IMG/VR virus record: IMGVR_UViG_3300037461_000959
Span: 1-44,377 of that record
Strand: one strand, 5' to 3'
Length of the DNA: 44,377 bases
DNA from: a virus
Lineage: Duplodnaviria > Caudoviricetes
Part shown: positions 25,193 through 34,232 of the stretch, piece by piece
Position numbering within the stretch: the stretch's first letter is position 1
How the letters are laid out: each line of letters begins with the position of its first letter
The notes under the pieces: model-generated
Told to the model about the DNA's origin: nothing
What the model saw: the letters and a program-made list of their open reading frames with translations, nothing else
The model's database searches: none
Program-made: the position numbers and the translations under genes

Positions 25193-26170
25193 ATGGCCGT
25201 TGATTCCGCAAAATCAACCACGACAACTGTCGCCCAAGCGATTAAAAACCGCTATTACGACAAACTTTTCTTACGGATTGCCCAATCTAAATTGGTCCAC
25301 AAACAGTTAGGACAGGTCAACCGTAATATTGAAAAGGGTGAAGGTGGATATGGCGCTGGTACAGTTTACTGGACCCGCTGGAGCAATCTGCCCTTAGTGA
25401 CTGCTGGGCAAGGTGAGGGCGTTCCTACGACCGCCGTCTCCATGACCGCCGTCAACGTGACAGGCACAACCGCCCAATATGACGCTGCCGTCTCTATCTC
25501 TGATATTCTGGCTTATACCAGCTTCGGGGATGTGATGAAAGCCGCTATGGAACGGTTAGCCTACAACGCTGGGTTATCCATCGACACGATCGTGGCTAAA
25601 GAAGTGCAGAACTCTGGTACTTTCGACACGGTAGTTGGTAGCATTGCTGCCGCTGCTTGGACTTCAATTCCCGCAACTGGGACTTTGACTGTTGGAGGTG
25701 TCAGACGTGCAACCCGCAAGCTGCTGCGTAATGACTCCATGCAATTGGAAGATGGCTCTTGGGTCGCTGTGATCCATCCCGACTCCCTATACGATTTGCA
25801 AGGCGATACTACGACTGGCGGCTGGATTGATGCGAACAAATACACCGATGCTAATGCCTCTAAACTCTTAACGGGTGAAATTGGCAAACTTATGGGTGTT
25901 AGGTTCCTTCAAACTTCCAACGCTTCCGTACCTCGTACGGGCGTGACCGCAACTGCTTCCATCTACGTTACTTCCTTCTTCGGGCGTGACGCCTTTGGCG
26001 TAACCGAACTTCAATCCTTACAAACCTTTGTTAAGGGATTTAGTTCCGGTGGCACTGGCGATCCGACTGAGAAGGTGGCTACCGCTGGTTGGAAGACTAC
26101 GTTCGGAGCTGCACAGTTGAACTCGAACTTCTTTGTCAACATGAACCACACAGTTAGTGCTACTGCATAA
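25193..26170 (+). CDS. Major capsid protein (N4-gp56-like, HK97 fold)
   Basis: EGVPTT..., QY...ISD, VAVIHPD..YDL, GEIG...GVRF, GDP....TAGWK. Confidence 0.9.
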   Translation: MAVDSAKSTTTTVAQAIKNRYYDKLFLRIAQSKLVHKQLGQVNRNIEKGEGGYGAGTVYWTRWSNLPLVTAGQGEGVPTTAVSMTAVNVTGTTAQYDAAVSISDILAYTSFGDVMKAAMERLAYNAGLSIDTIVAKEVQNSGTFDTVVGSIAAAAWTSIPATGTLTVGGVRRATRKLLRNDSMQLEDGSWVAVIHPDSLYDLQGDTTTGGWIDANKYTDANASKLLTGEIGKLMGVRFLQTSNASVPRTGVTATASIYVTSFFGRDAFGVTELQSLQTFVKGFSSGGTGDPTEKVATAGWKTTFGAAQLNSNFFVNMNHTVSATA

Positions 26171-26189
26171 ACTGGCGTTAGTTCCAATT

Positions 26190-26216
26190 AAGCCCCCTGG
26201 AAATGGGGGCTTTTTT
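26190..26216 (+). terminator. Intrinsic terminator after the capsid gene
   Basis: AAGCCCCC-TGGAAAT-GGGGGCTT-TTTT. Confidence 0.85.
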
Positions 26217-26217
26217 G

Positions 26218-26281
26218 TGCTATGTTGAGGTAACGCTACACTTTTAAAGTAAAAGCAGGCGACCGTATGGTCGTCTTTTTT
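26218..26281 (+). promoter_or_regulatory. Late cassette copy 3 (extended -10 variant)
   Basis: TGCTATGTT; CTTTT-AAAGT-AAAAG; CA; GGCGACC-GTAT-GGTCGTC-TTTTTT; ATG follows immediately. Confidence 0.7.
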
Positions 26282-26839
26282 ATGTCCCCATTGAAGTATT
26301 CCCCCAGTTGGCAAGTTTACGAGAAAGATCTACATTCGGAGGATGCAGAGGTTGCCAGAAAAGCGGCTGAAGCTTTTGATATTGATCGCCAGAAAGAAAT
26401 GGCCAACTCTCCCCAGGCCAGAAAGTATGAGGAATCAAGAAAAGCGGCTTGGGCCAAGGACAAGCCACAGTGGGTTAAAGAACGGATCAAGGCAGAACAA
26501 GCTCAAGAACAAAAGATCATTAATGATTTACGTGAAGGAGGCTATCTTATGGGAGGTTTGAAACCATCCCCCGGTTTAGTGCTGGTGAAAAAGACCAAGC
26601 AAGAAGGGTTAAAAGAAGGGGAGATATTTATCCCTGATAATGTAGAGTATGAATCTAACCTGGCTCTGGTAATCAGGGTAGGCAACGAAATGCAGGTCAT
26701 CAATGGGAAGATCGAAGCCCCCTGCAAAGAGGGGGATACCGTCTTATTTAGGAAGGGAGCGGGCTTAAACGTCAAGCTCAACGGTGAGCCTCACTTGATC
26801 ATCCGCTTTGATGAGATATTTGGAGTAGTGGAGGAGTGA
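26282..26839 (+). CDS. groES: GroES/Cpn10 co-chaperonin with N-terminal helical extension
   Basis: LKPSPGLVLV..G.IFIPD..ALVIRVG..CKEGDTVLF..G..VKLNGE.HLIIR.DEIFGVVE. Confidence 0.85.
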   Translation: MSPLKYSPSWQVYEKDLHSEDAEVARKAAEAFDIDRQKEMANSPQARKYEESRKAAWAKDKPQWVKERIKAEQAQEQKIINDLREGGYLMGGLKPSPGLVLVKKTKQEGLKEGEIFIPDNVEYESNLALVIRVGNEMQVINGKIEAPCKEGDTVLFRKGAGLNVKLNGEPHLIIRFDEIFGVVEE

Positions 26840-28281
26840 TGATTAGTATTGTCATGACTACCCACCACGGTAGACGGGAGATGTGTAAAAAGGCGATTGA
26901 AAGTGTCTTGGCACAATCTTATAAAGATTACGAACTGATTATTGTGGACGACGCTTCCAAGGATGGCACAGAGGAGATGGTTGCCTCATTCAAGGACGAC
27001 CGGATCAGATACATCAAACGCAATAAGAACTTCGGGACTGATACCAAGCCCAAGAATGAAGGCATCCAAGCCTCCAAACATGAATTGATTGCCTTCCTTG
27101 ACTCAGACAACCAATTCAGGCCGGACCACCTAGCCGTATTAATGGAGCACCTAACTGACGGTTATGACGGGGTGTACGGGGACAGGTGGGTCACTGACTT
27201 GGATAACCGCTTCAATCCCCGTCTGGGGCAGACAGGCGAATTCAATCCCACCCTATTACTGCGGAAAAACTACATTGACACTTCAGATGTTTTGATCAGG
27301 AGATCAGCTTTGTTTGCCGTTGGCGGCTTTGACGAGCGCTATAAGAAGTACGTGGATTGGAACCTATGGCTAAGGATGGCTAAGGCCGGGATGAGATTAA
27401 AGCACGTCCCCATTATCATCACCGATTACCACACCCATCCTGACATGAAATCAGAGACGGTGAAGGATAGAAATGCTGACAACAGCCCCTCAGTGCCATT
27501 GGGTTCTACTAAAGTCTTTCACCCGGAATGGGACGCTTTTGACCTAGAAATTCACTTACCGTATTTAGGACCAGTAAAACTTCCTAAAGTGGCCGTCTAC
27601 ACCATCACCTATAACCGCCTTGAGTACACTAAGCAATGCTTTGAATCACTGTACCAAACAGCTGGGTATGATTTTTACCATTATATTGTCGATAATGGCA
27701 GCACCGATGGGACTCGTGAGTGGCTGGAGGAAACCAAGAATAAACAAGCTTTGATCTTAAACCCTGACAATAAAGGGATTTCGATCGCTTCAAATCAGAT
27801 TGTTGAAAAGTTAGTTGGGAAATACGACATCATTGTGAAGGTGGATAATGACTGTATGTTCTTGACTGACGGCTGGCTCAAGAAAATGGTCGAGATTTAC
27901 AACTCTAACCATCTTTTGGCCCTTTCCTGTTATGTCCAGGGCTTGCAGCACAACCCCGGTGGCTCTCCAAGAATTGGATACGGCCAGATAAGAGGCGAAT
28001 TATTGGGAATGACCAAACACTTGGGCGGGATCTGCCATTTTGTGGGAGCCAAAGCCTATCAGAACTTTAAGTGGGATGAGGATGCGCCCCTGCATGGGGT
28101 GCAAGATTTGGAGTTCTCCCAGCACCTACTCCATGAGGGTTACCAAATGGGCTACCTAGAAAACTACTTTTGCAATCATGGTCCTGCGGGAACTGAGGCC
28201 CAGAAGACCGATTACCCAAAATATTTTAAGAAGCGGGTATTGGAAAAGGTAAATACCTATGAAAAGAACCGGCAAGCCTAA
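26836..28281 (+). CDS. Tandem-domain GT2 glycosyltransferase
   Basis: ISIVMTT..IVDDASKDGT..FLDSD, then a second domain VAVYTITYNR..VDNGSTDGT..KVDND. Confidence 0.92.
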   Translation: MMISIVMTTHHGRREMCKKAIESVLAQSYKDYELIIVDDASKDGTEEMVASFKDDRIRYIKRNKNFGTDTKPKNEGIQASKHELIAFLDSDNQFRPDHLAVLMEHLTDGYDGVYGDRWVTDLDNRFNPRLGQTGEFNPTLLLRKNYIDTSDVLIRRSALFAVGGFDERYKKYVDWNLWLRMAKAGMRLKHVPIIITDYHTHPDMKSETVKDRNADNSPSVPLGSTKVFHPEWDAFDLEIHLPYLGPVKLPKVAVYTITYNRLEYTKQCFESLYQTAGYDFYHYIVDNGSTDGTREWLEETKNKQALILNPDNKGISIASNQIVEKLVGKYDIIVKVDNDCMFLTDGWLKKMVEIYNSNHLLALSCYVQGLQHNPGGSPRIGYGQIRGELLGMTKHLGGICHFVGAKAYQNFKWDEDAPLHGVQDLEFSQHLLHEGYQMGYLENYFCNHGPAGTEAQKTDYPKYFKKRVLEKVNTYEKNRQA

Positions 28282-28846
28282 CATTAATTTTAAAAGTTAC
28301 TGGAATGACATATATCGGTCTGGGAAATATTACGATAACCCCACTAATAGATTTGTGACTGCGCTTAAACAGGTTAAGTCTGGTAATAAAGTTTTAGACA
28401 TCGGTTGCGGAATGGGAGTCTTCACTGAACTTGTTAAAGACACTTATCCTACTTGTGAGGTGTGGGGAGTGGATATTTCCGATTCTGTCATAGAAGCTAA
28501 CCGCCAAAAACACAGTGACATTACCTACCAAACCGGTCGGGTAGGTCAGTTGACAGCAATTCCGGCCAATTATTTCGATCTAGTCTTTTCTGGAGAGGTG
28601 CTGGAGCACTTGGATGAGCCGGAAAAGCTGTTTTTGGATGCCTACAGCGCCTTAAAACCTGGTGGAAAGTTCGTTCTTACCACTCCAAACGGAAATTCTA
28701 TCCCTAGTGAGGAGCATGTGTGGGAATTTATCCATGAAGATATCGAAGATCTATACCATAGTTATGGTTTTCCTGTAGTGAAGTTCAAATATTTGGACGA
28801 TCTAGAACATTTATTGGTCATCATGGCCGTGGGAAAGAAGCAATGA
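28259..28846 (+). CDS. Class I SAM-dependent methyltransferase
   Basis: VLDIGCGMG, GVDIS, FDLV.SGEVLEHL, LKPGG. Confidence 0.92.
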   Translation: MKRTGKPNINFKSYWNDIYRSGKYYDNPTNRFVTALKQVKSGNKVLDIGCGMGVFTELVKDTYPTCEVWGVDISDSVIEANRQKHSDITYQTGRVGQLTAIPANYFDLVFSGEVLEHLDEPEKLFLDAYSALKPGGKFVLTTPNGNSIPSEEHVWEFIHEDIEDLYHSYGFPVVKFKYLDDLEHLLVIMAVGKKQ

Positions 28847-29466
28847 CCACTGTTTCCTTGGATATACACGATTCTTCTGTATTACGCACCAATTACGACC
28901 TGCTTTTGGAATTAAAAGAACACTATCCCGGTTTAAAAGTCACGCTATTTCACATCCCCTACGATTACGAGACGGAAATGGGGCAACTGGCTCTAATGCG
29001 GGACGAGAAATTAAAGACTTTGAAGAGGATGTTGGGTTGGGTGGAGCTGGTTCCTCATGGGTTGATACACTTGCCCAACGAGTTTGAGAAGTGCGATCGT
29101 CACACCATGAAAATGGTGCTTGATGCTTATAAAGAGGCATTTGGTAGGGACAAATTACCCTACAAACACGGCTTCTGTGCTCCTTACTGGCTGTGGAACC
29201 AGGAAGTAGTAGACGTATTGAACGAAAAGGGCTGGTGGGGGGCGGTGGATCGAAACCAACCGGATATGCTGAAAACAAACAAGTATTACGTTTACACCCA
29301 CTCAATAGAAGAACAGTTTTGGGAGTCGAATTACGACACCCTCAAACTTCACGGCCACATGACTGCCCCATCATCTAACAACCTAGAAGATTGTTTTTTA
29401 AACCTAATGAAAATGCCACATGATGCAGAGTTTAAATTTGCTAGTGAAATGGTGCAAAATGACTAA
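28843..29466 (+). CDS. Polysaccharide deacetylase-like (NodB/CE4-fold) protein
   Basis: DIHD, KVTLF.IP, PHGLIH, GFCAPYW and LHGH. Confidence 0.7.
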   Translation: MTTVSLDIHDSSVLRTNYDLLLELKEHYPGLKVTLFHIPYDYETEMGQLALMRDEKLKTLKRMLGWVELVPHGLIHLPNEFEKCDRHTMKMVLDAYKEAFGRDKLPYKHGFCAPYWLWNQEVVDVLNEKGWWGAVDRNQPDMLKTNKYYVYTHSIEEQFWESNYDTLKLHGHMTAPSSNNLEDCFLNLMKMPHDAEFKFASEMVQND

Positions 29467-30460
29467 AGTAGCCATGTTCCCCAACCCCAGCGCCGCCCGT
29501 TACTGGCGCTTAGAAGACCCCGCTATCTATTTGCGCCAAAAGGGATTTGAGGTGGAAATTGTCGATACGGGTATCAATGACGCCGTCGCTGACTGGGCTG
29601 ATATTTATGTCTTGCAGGGAATCGTCGATAAGCAGGGCATTGCCACCCTTTACGCTTACCAGCAGGAGAGGGGCAAGAAGATCGTGGTGGAGCAGGACGA
29701 CCGGATCGAGATAGAGGCTACCAATCCCCACAAACAGCATCACAATATCACTGACGCTGCCGAAGTGATCAAAACCACGATGGGCATTGCCGATATGGTC
29801 ACGACCACCACGAAGTATCTAGCCAGAAAACTAAAAGACTACAATCCCAACGTGCGGGTTTTGCCCAATTACCTCAATATGCGGCGCTGGGACTTGCCCA
29901 AGCAAACCAGTCATAACGACCGCTTACGGGTCGGCTGGGCTGGCTCCATCACCCATTTACCAGACTTGGTCAGTATCCTGCCGGTCTTGAGGAAAATACA
30001 GTCAGAATTAGACGTTGAGTATGTTTTTGTCGGTGAACCTAGGCTAAAAAACTACATTAAAGGATTAAAAGCGGAATGTATGCTGGGCGTCCCCTTTGAA
30101 GCCTGGCCTTCCAAGTTACACGGCTTGAGGTTGGATATTGGCCTGGCTCCTTTGAGAAACACTGAGTTCAACCGATGTAAGAGCAATATTAAATTCCTGG
30201 AGTATGCTATCGCCAAGATTCCGGGTGTGTATTCAAAGACTGTCTACAGCCGGAAAAACTTTGATTCACGAAAACGGGGGGTAATTTCCTTTAATGAGGA
30301 CCAGTGGTATTTAGCCTTAAGGAACCTGATCATCTGCAAATCCTTACGGGATGATGTCGCTACTTCAGCCTATGCCCACGTCAGGCAGCAGTATAACCTG
30401 GAGTCAAATATCTACAAATGGGTTGATGCATATAATTCGTTGACTGTACCTAAGTCATAG
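29459..30460 (+). CDS. GT-B fold (GT4-like) glycosyltransferase
   Basis: EQDD, VGWAGS.TH..DL, DIGLAPL..FNRCKSNIKFLEY. Confidence 0.88.
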   Translation: MTKVAMFPNPSAARYWRLEDPAIYLRQKGFEVEIVDTGINDAVADWADIYVLQGIVDKQGIATLYAYQQERGKKIVVEQDDRIEIEATNPHKQHHNITDAAEVIKTTMGIADMVTTTTKYLARKLKDYNPNVRVLPNYLNMRRWDLPKQTSHNDRLRVGWAGSITHLPDLVSILPVLRKIQSELDVEYVFVGEPRLKNYIKGLKAECMLGVPFEAWPSKLHGLRLDIGLAPLRNTEFNRCKSNIKFLEYAIAKIPGVYSKTVYSRKNFDSRKRGVISFNEDQWYLALRNLIICKSLRDDVATSAYAHVRQQYNLESNIYKWVDAYNSLTVPKS

Positions 30461-30522
30461 GTTAAAAGTTACTTAGTCATTCGATCAAACCGATCGCAGA
30501 CAAGCTAGCGCTTGTCTTTTTT
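30440..30522 (+). promoter_or_regulatory. Late cassette copy 4
   Basis: TTGACTGTA..TTAAAAGT; CGATC-AAACC-GATCG; CA; GACAAGC-TAGC-GCTTGTC-TTTTTT. Confidence 0.8.
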
Positions 30523-30527
30523 ATTAT

Positions 30528-31034
30528 ATGGATACTGTCGTTAGAACCTATACCCCACCAGTGCCCCAGGAAACTCTCCCCGAACCAGAGACAAATAAGG
30601 TTGGGGCTGAGACTAACCCGGAAGACATTGAGCCGGTTGATCTGATGGAGAGCCGGGGGATTGACGTGACCCTGGAGGCATTGGGAATCGATGACCAGAT
30701 AGAGAACTTGCCAGAGGAAAGCCAGGAAAATCTAAAAGAGGTCAGGGGCTATGTACTGGATATATTAAAACAGAGAGGCGTTACCCCCACCAAAACATCA
30801 TTTAAACAAACCCTGGACAGCCTAAAGTGGGAAATGGGCTTAGACCCTGACGCTGACCCGGAAGTGGTACTAGACCGGATCGGGGGAGTGGTCAAATCAT
30901 GGAAGGAACTAAGTTTTATTAGAGACCCAAAAGAAAAGCGGGTCTTGTTTATGAGACTGGCCCGAGCGCAATCGTCATCTGAGATGAATAAACTAGTCTT
31001 TGAAGAAATGGAAAAGAAAAAAATATGGCTTTAA
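30528..31034 (+). CDS. Hypothetical protein
   Basis: 168-aa ORF directly after the cassette. Confidence 0.7.
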   Translation: MDTVVRTYTPPVPQETLPEPETNKVGAETNPEDIEPVDLMESRGIDVTLEALGIDDQIENLPEESQENLKEVRGYVLDILKQRGVTPTKTSFKQTLDSLKWEMGLDPDADPEVVLDRIGGVVKSWKELSFIRDPKEKRVLFMRLARAQSSSEMNKLVFEEMEKKKIWL

Positions 31035-31408
31035 ATGATGGTCGAAATCCAAAGGTTCACTCTCTAGCCCATGTAGCGAATATGGGCTTTGATGATGAGT
31101 TCCAGATGCCCATGGTAGAAATGACCGCTTTTGATCCCCTAACCGGAGATGGGGGGGCGATTAAAAGGCTGACTACTATTGCGATCGGGGAATACGCAGT
31201 TAATGACACCACTGATACTAACCAAACGGTATTTTACGTGGGTAAAGAGGATGCAGCTGGGGATTGGTACATTTTACGGGTAGATAAGACTAGCGGACTT
31301 TCAAACCGCTACGCTTCCAAAAAGAATAACGCATCTTATACCAGTTATGCCGATGCCTGGGCCAATTATGGCTCATTGACATACGACACTTATTCAGTAG
31401 CATTTTAA
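31025..31408 (+). CDS. Hypothetical virion protein
   Basis: FYVGKE...W.I.RVD...AW.NY.SLTY pattern seen in phage structural proteins. Confidence 0.6.
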   Translation: MALNDGRNPKVHSLAHVANMGFDDEFQMPMVEMTAFDPLTGDGGAIKRLTTIAIGEYAVNDTTDTNQTVFYVGKEDAAGDWYILRVDKTSGLSNRYASKKNNASYTSYADAWANYGSLTYDTYSVAF

Positions 31409-31424
31409 GGGGAGGTGAGTAAAT

Positions 31425-31907
31425 ACGAAAGATACACAAAAGTACGGCGGGTTTTTCCGCTTGAACATTGTGGAGAAGGATAAGAACGGCAAGATGAAAG
31501 TCGTCGGTGATTCTGGTTGGAAACCCAACATGATCACCAACCTAGGAGCGCAACACTACATTGTTGAGCTTATGGGTGGGGTCGCTGGTTCCAGCAAGGT
31601 CAGTTCGGCTCGTCTTGGGTCTGGTGGTACAGTGGCTTCTACTTCATCTGCACTTCCGGCTGAGATCGCTGATACCGACAATTCGTTTGCAGTCGCTGGT
31701 TCGGTCGAGGCTTCCAGAACCTTACGGTTCACTGGTTCATTAGCCAGTAACGTCTTGGCTTCTACCACGATTGGTAATGTTGGTCTGTACGCTGTTTCAA
31801 CAACCGGTGCAGGTTCGATGTTCGCTGGGAACACGTTCGCGTCAAGTACGCTGGCAACGAACCAGGCAGTTAACCTCACGTACGATATCCAATTTCCGTC
31901 CGCCTAA
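31425..31907 (+). CDS. Virion structural protein, apparent ACG start
   Basis: SD GGAGGTG at 31411, in-frame ACG at 31425 giving (M)KDTQKYGGFFRLNIVE; N.ITN.G, LGSG and LTYDIQF motifs. Confidence 0.65.
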   Translation, partial: TKDTQKYGGFFRLNIVEKDKNGKMKVVGDSGWKPNMITNLGAQHYIVELMGGVAGSSKVSSARLGSGGTVASTSSALPAEIADTDNSFAVAGSVEASRTLRFTGSLASNVLASTTIGNVGLYAVSTTGAGSMFAGNTFASSTLATNQAVNLTYDIQFPSA

Positions 31908-31908
31908 T

Positions 31909-32088
31909 GATTGAGTTTGCGCGCAGATTCAATCTGGCTCGGGTGTTAACAATTAAACCTCAGCATCTATAGCTAGCCGTTTTCCGCTGAGGTTTACGAC
32001 TAGCTATAAATCAATAAGGTGCTTACCAGAGAGCGGTGGCAGGTAAGATAAATGTTGCAAGGGTCGCCAATCCCTTCAAGCAGCCCAA
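31909..32088 (+). ncRNA. Structured intergenic element (hairpin, pseudoknot, tRNA-like cloverleaf)
   Basis: Several long complementary segments, listed under findings. Confidence 0.4.
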
Positions 32089-32094
32089 TACAGT

Positions 32095-32601
32095 ATGAAC
32101 ATTACTAAATTGTTGAAGGATAAGCAGTTCGTTAACTTGAACATTGAAGGCCGTCTCAACCCCCAAAAAGGATTCTTGGAGATGGATTCGGTGGAAGGCG
32201 ACCTTATCTGGCACTTTAACAAATTACCCTGGTTATTCCCCGACAATACGTTCAATATCGTCCGGGCTGACCAAGTGATCCAGAAAGTGCCCAGAGATAG
32301 TGGCAACTTTATTAAGTGGATGAATGAGGTGTGGCGAGTTCTTCGCTTTGATGGCCAGTTCATGTTGACCACGCCCTATCCTGGTTCGTTCCTGTTCAAC
32401 CAAGACCCCTGTAACGTGAACCCGTGTAATGAGGGAACATTTGCTTACTTTGACCCTCTTGAACAACAAGCCGGGCAATTCCTTTACAAGCAGTACAAAC
32501 CTAAACCCTGGCGAATCGAACATATCAGCTTCACCCAGAATGGATTGATGGAGGTTTTACTTTCAAAGAGGCGGGAGGATATATCGTATGGTAAAGCTTA
32601 A
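32095..32601 (+). CDS. Methyltransferase-like protein (degenerate motif I)
   Basis: LPWLFPDNTF, WMNEVWRVLRFDGQF..TPY, QDP. Confidence 0.7.
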   Translation: MNITKLLKDKQFVNLNIEGRLNPQKGFLEMDSVEGDLIWHFNKLPWLFPDNTFNIVRADQVIQKVPRDSGNFIKWMNEVWRVLRFDGQFMLTTPYPGSFLFNQDPCNVNPCNEGTFAYFDPLEQQAGQFLYKQYKPKPWRIEHISFTQNGLMEVLLSKRREDISYGKA

Positions 32602-33202
32602 TTTGGGAAGTGGGATATACGCAAAGCGCGGATGGATAAACGTCGATAAGTACGTAGCCGACAAAGATTTCAAAGAAGCGACAGGCAAGTTCAAATACGC
32701 CATGTTCGAGAAGGGGGCGGAGTTTGTTCAAGCCGATATTCAGAAAATGCCCTTCCCTGATAACTACGCTGATTGGGCCGAAGCCCACGAAGTGATAGAA
32801 CATATGCCCATTAGGGAGATAATCCCCGCTTTACAAGAGATATACCGAGTTTTAAAGCCGGGCGGAACCTTTATTCTGACCTGTCCCAACTTTGACGGTC
32901 TGGCTATTGATTGGTTGCGGATGACCACGTTCCCTGATTTTGATCTCAAACGATACGTGGACATTGCCCAAACGATCTACGGAAATCAGGCACATGGGGG
33001 AGAATACCACTGTTGCCCTATTAACCCAAAATTCATTAACTACTGCATTACCTCGGTCGGTTTCAAGGAAGGATATGTGGGTGTGTATCGAATGAACACT
33101 CCTGTTAAACAACTAGGCAAGTTCACCTTCCCTAAGAAGCTGAAAAAGAAGGGCAAGACCGTCTTTCGTAACGACACTATCTACGTGGAGGTGAAGAAAT
33201 GA
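32588..33202 (+). CDS. SAM-dependent methyltransferase (type 11-like)
   Basis: KLNLGSG..GWINVD, MPFPDN, HEVIEH, EIYRVLKPGG. Confidence 0.9.
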   Translation: MVKLNLGSGIYAKRGWINVDKYVADKDFKEATGKFKYAMFEKGAEFVQADIQKMPFPDNYADWAEAHEVIEHMPIREIIPALQEIYRVLKPGGTFILTCPNFDGLAIDWLRMTTFPDFDLKRYVDIAQTIYGNQAHGGEYHCCPINPKFINYCITSVGFKEGYVGVYRMNTPVKQLGKFTFPKKLKKKGKTVFRNDTIYVEVKK

Positions 33203-34029
33203 AGACCCATCAACCAAAGTTTGAGATAGAAGAGAATAAGGGGATGTGGAAGCAACGCCTCATGGTTGGTACACCAGTGACCGGATTGGTTCGAATTGAA
33301 TGGGTGCAGCGAAGGTACAACCAAGTTATTCCCACCAATTGGGGTCTATCAGAACACCTGGAGTTTATTAACTCTGCCATGCCTCTCAGGTTCCAAGTCT
33401 CCGATGCCCAGAACCTTATCGTTGAGCGAGTGATACGTGATAAGTTCGAGTGGTTATGGCTAATTGAGCAAGACAACATCATCCCCGTCGATGCGTTCCT
33501 TAAGATAAACAAGTACATGCTGGATAAGAAGTATCCCATCGTTTCGGGACTGTATTTTACTAAGTCTATACCCCCGGAGCCTATTGTTTACAAAGGTCGA
33601 GGCAATTCGTTCTTTAAGGATTGGAAGATGGGGACGAAGTTCTTTGTGGATGGCGTACCCACTGGCTGTATCCTCATTCACGCCTCAGTCTTGAAAGCAT
33701 TGTGGGACGACTCTCCCGAATACATGGTTGGTGGTCGGATGACCCGCAGAGTGTTCAGTGAACCGGCCCGTATCGTCTACCATAAAGACCTGAGAACCTA
33801 CATGGGCGAGGTTGGGACTTCGGATTTAGAGTTCTGTACACGAATAATCAAGGGTAATTACCTAGAGAAAGCTGGCTGGAAGCGATTTGCTAACAAGAAA
33901 TCGCCCTTCCTAGTCGATACTGGTCTATATTGTACCCATATTGACGAACAAGGCAGGCAGTTTCCTCTAGGTGGTATCCCGGCTGAATATATGCCGGAGA
34001 AAAAGAAACATGTTAGAAATAAAAGTTAA
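33199..34029 (+). CDS. GT-A fold glycosyltransferase-like protein
   Basis: LMVGTP, AQN.IV, LWLIEQD (variant DxD), IVSGLYF, VPTGCILIH, SDLEFC. Confidence 0.75.
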   Translation: MKTHQPKFEIEENKGMWKQRLMVGTPVTGLVRIEWVQRRYNQVIPTNWGLSEHLEFINSAMPLRFQVSDAQNLIVERVIRDKFEWLWLIEQDNIIPVDAFLKINKYMLDKKYPIVSGLYFTKSIPPEPIVYKGRGNSFFKDWKMGTKFFVDGVPTGCILIHASVLKALWDDSPEYMVGGRMTRRVFSEPARIVYHKDLRTYMGEVGTSDLEFCTRIIKGNYLEKAGWKRFANKKSPFLVDTGLYCTHIDEQGRQFPLGGIPAEYMPEKKKHVRNKS

Positions 34030-34219
34030 AGACGTCCAAATGGTGTTTGATACACTCGATGAAGTGCTTGATTATATCAAGTTCAAGATCATTGAGTGGA
34101 AAAACACGGATGAAACAGTTCCCCTAAACATCACCGTGACCACGGTTGAAAGTAGGGCGGGGCCAGCGATAAATATCAGTGTAGGTGACAAATTACCAAC
34201 TAAGGAGGCTCTCGGATAA
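34010..34219 (+). CDS. Small hypothetical protein
   Basis: MLEIKVKD..., 69 aa. Confidence 0.55.
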   Translation: MLEIKVKDVQMVFDTLDEVLDYIKFKIIEWKNTDETVPLNITVTTVESRAGPAINISVGDKLPTKEALG

Positions 34220-34232
34220 CGGGAGCTTTTTT
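34207..34232 (+). terminator. Terminator-like hairpin immediately before an ATG
   Basis: GGCTCTCG-GATAA-CGGGAGCT-TTTTT then ATG at 34233. Confidence 0.6.

Noticed and set aside
34184-34232. Seventh copy of the late cassette
   Set aside because: A terminator precedes the ATG and a GGTGA-CAAA-TTACC hairpin lies upstream, but there is no TTGACTGTA promoter or G-CA linker; kept only as a terminator.
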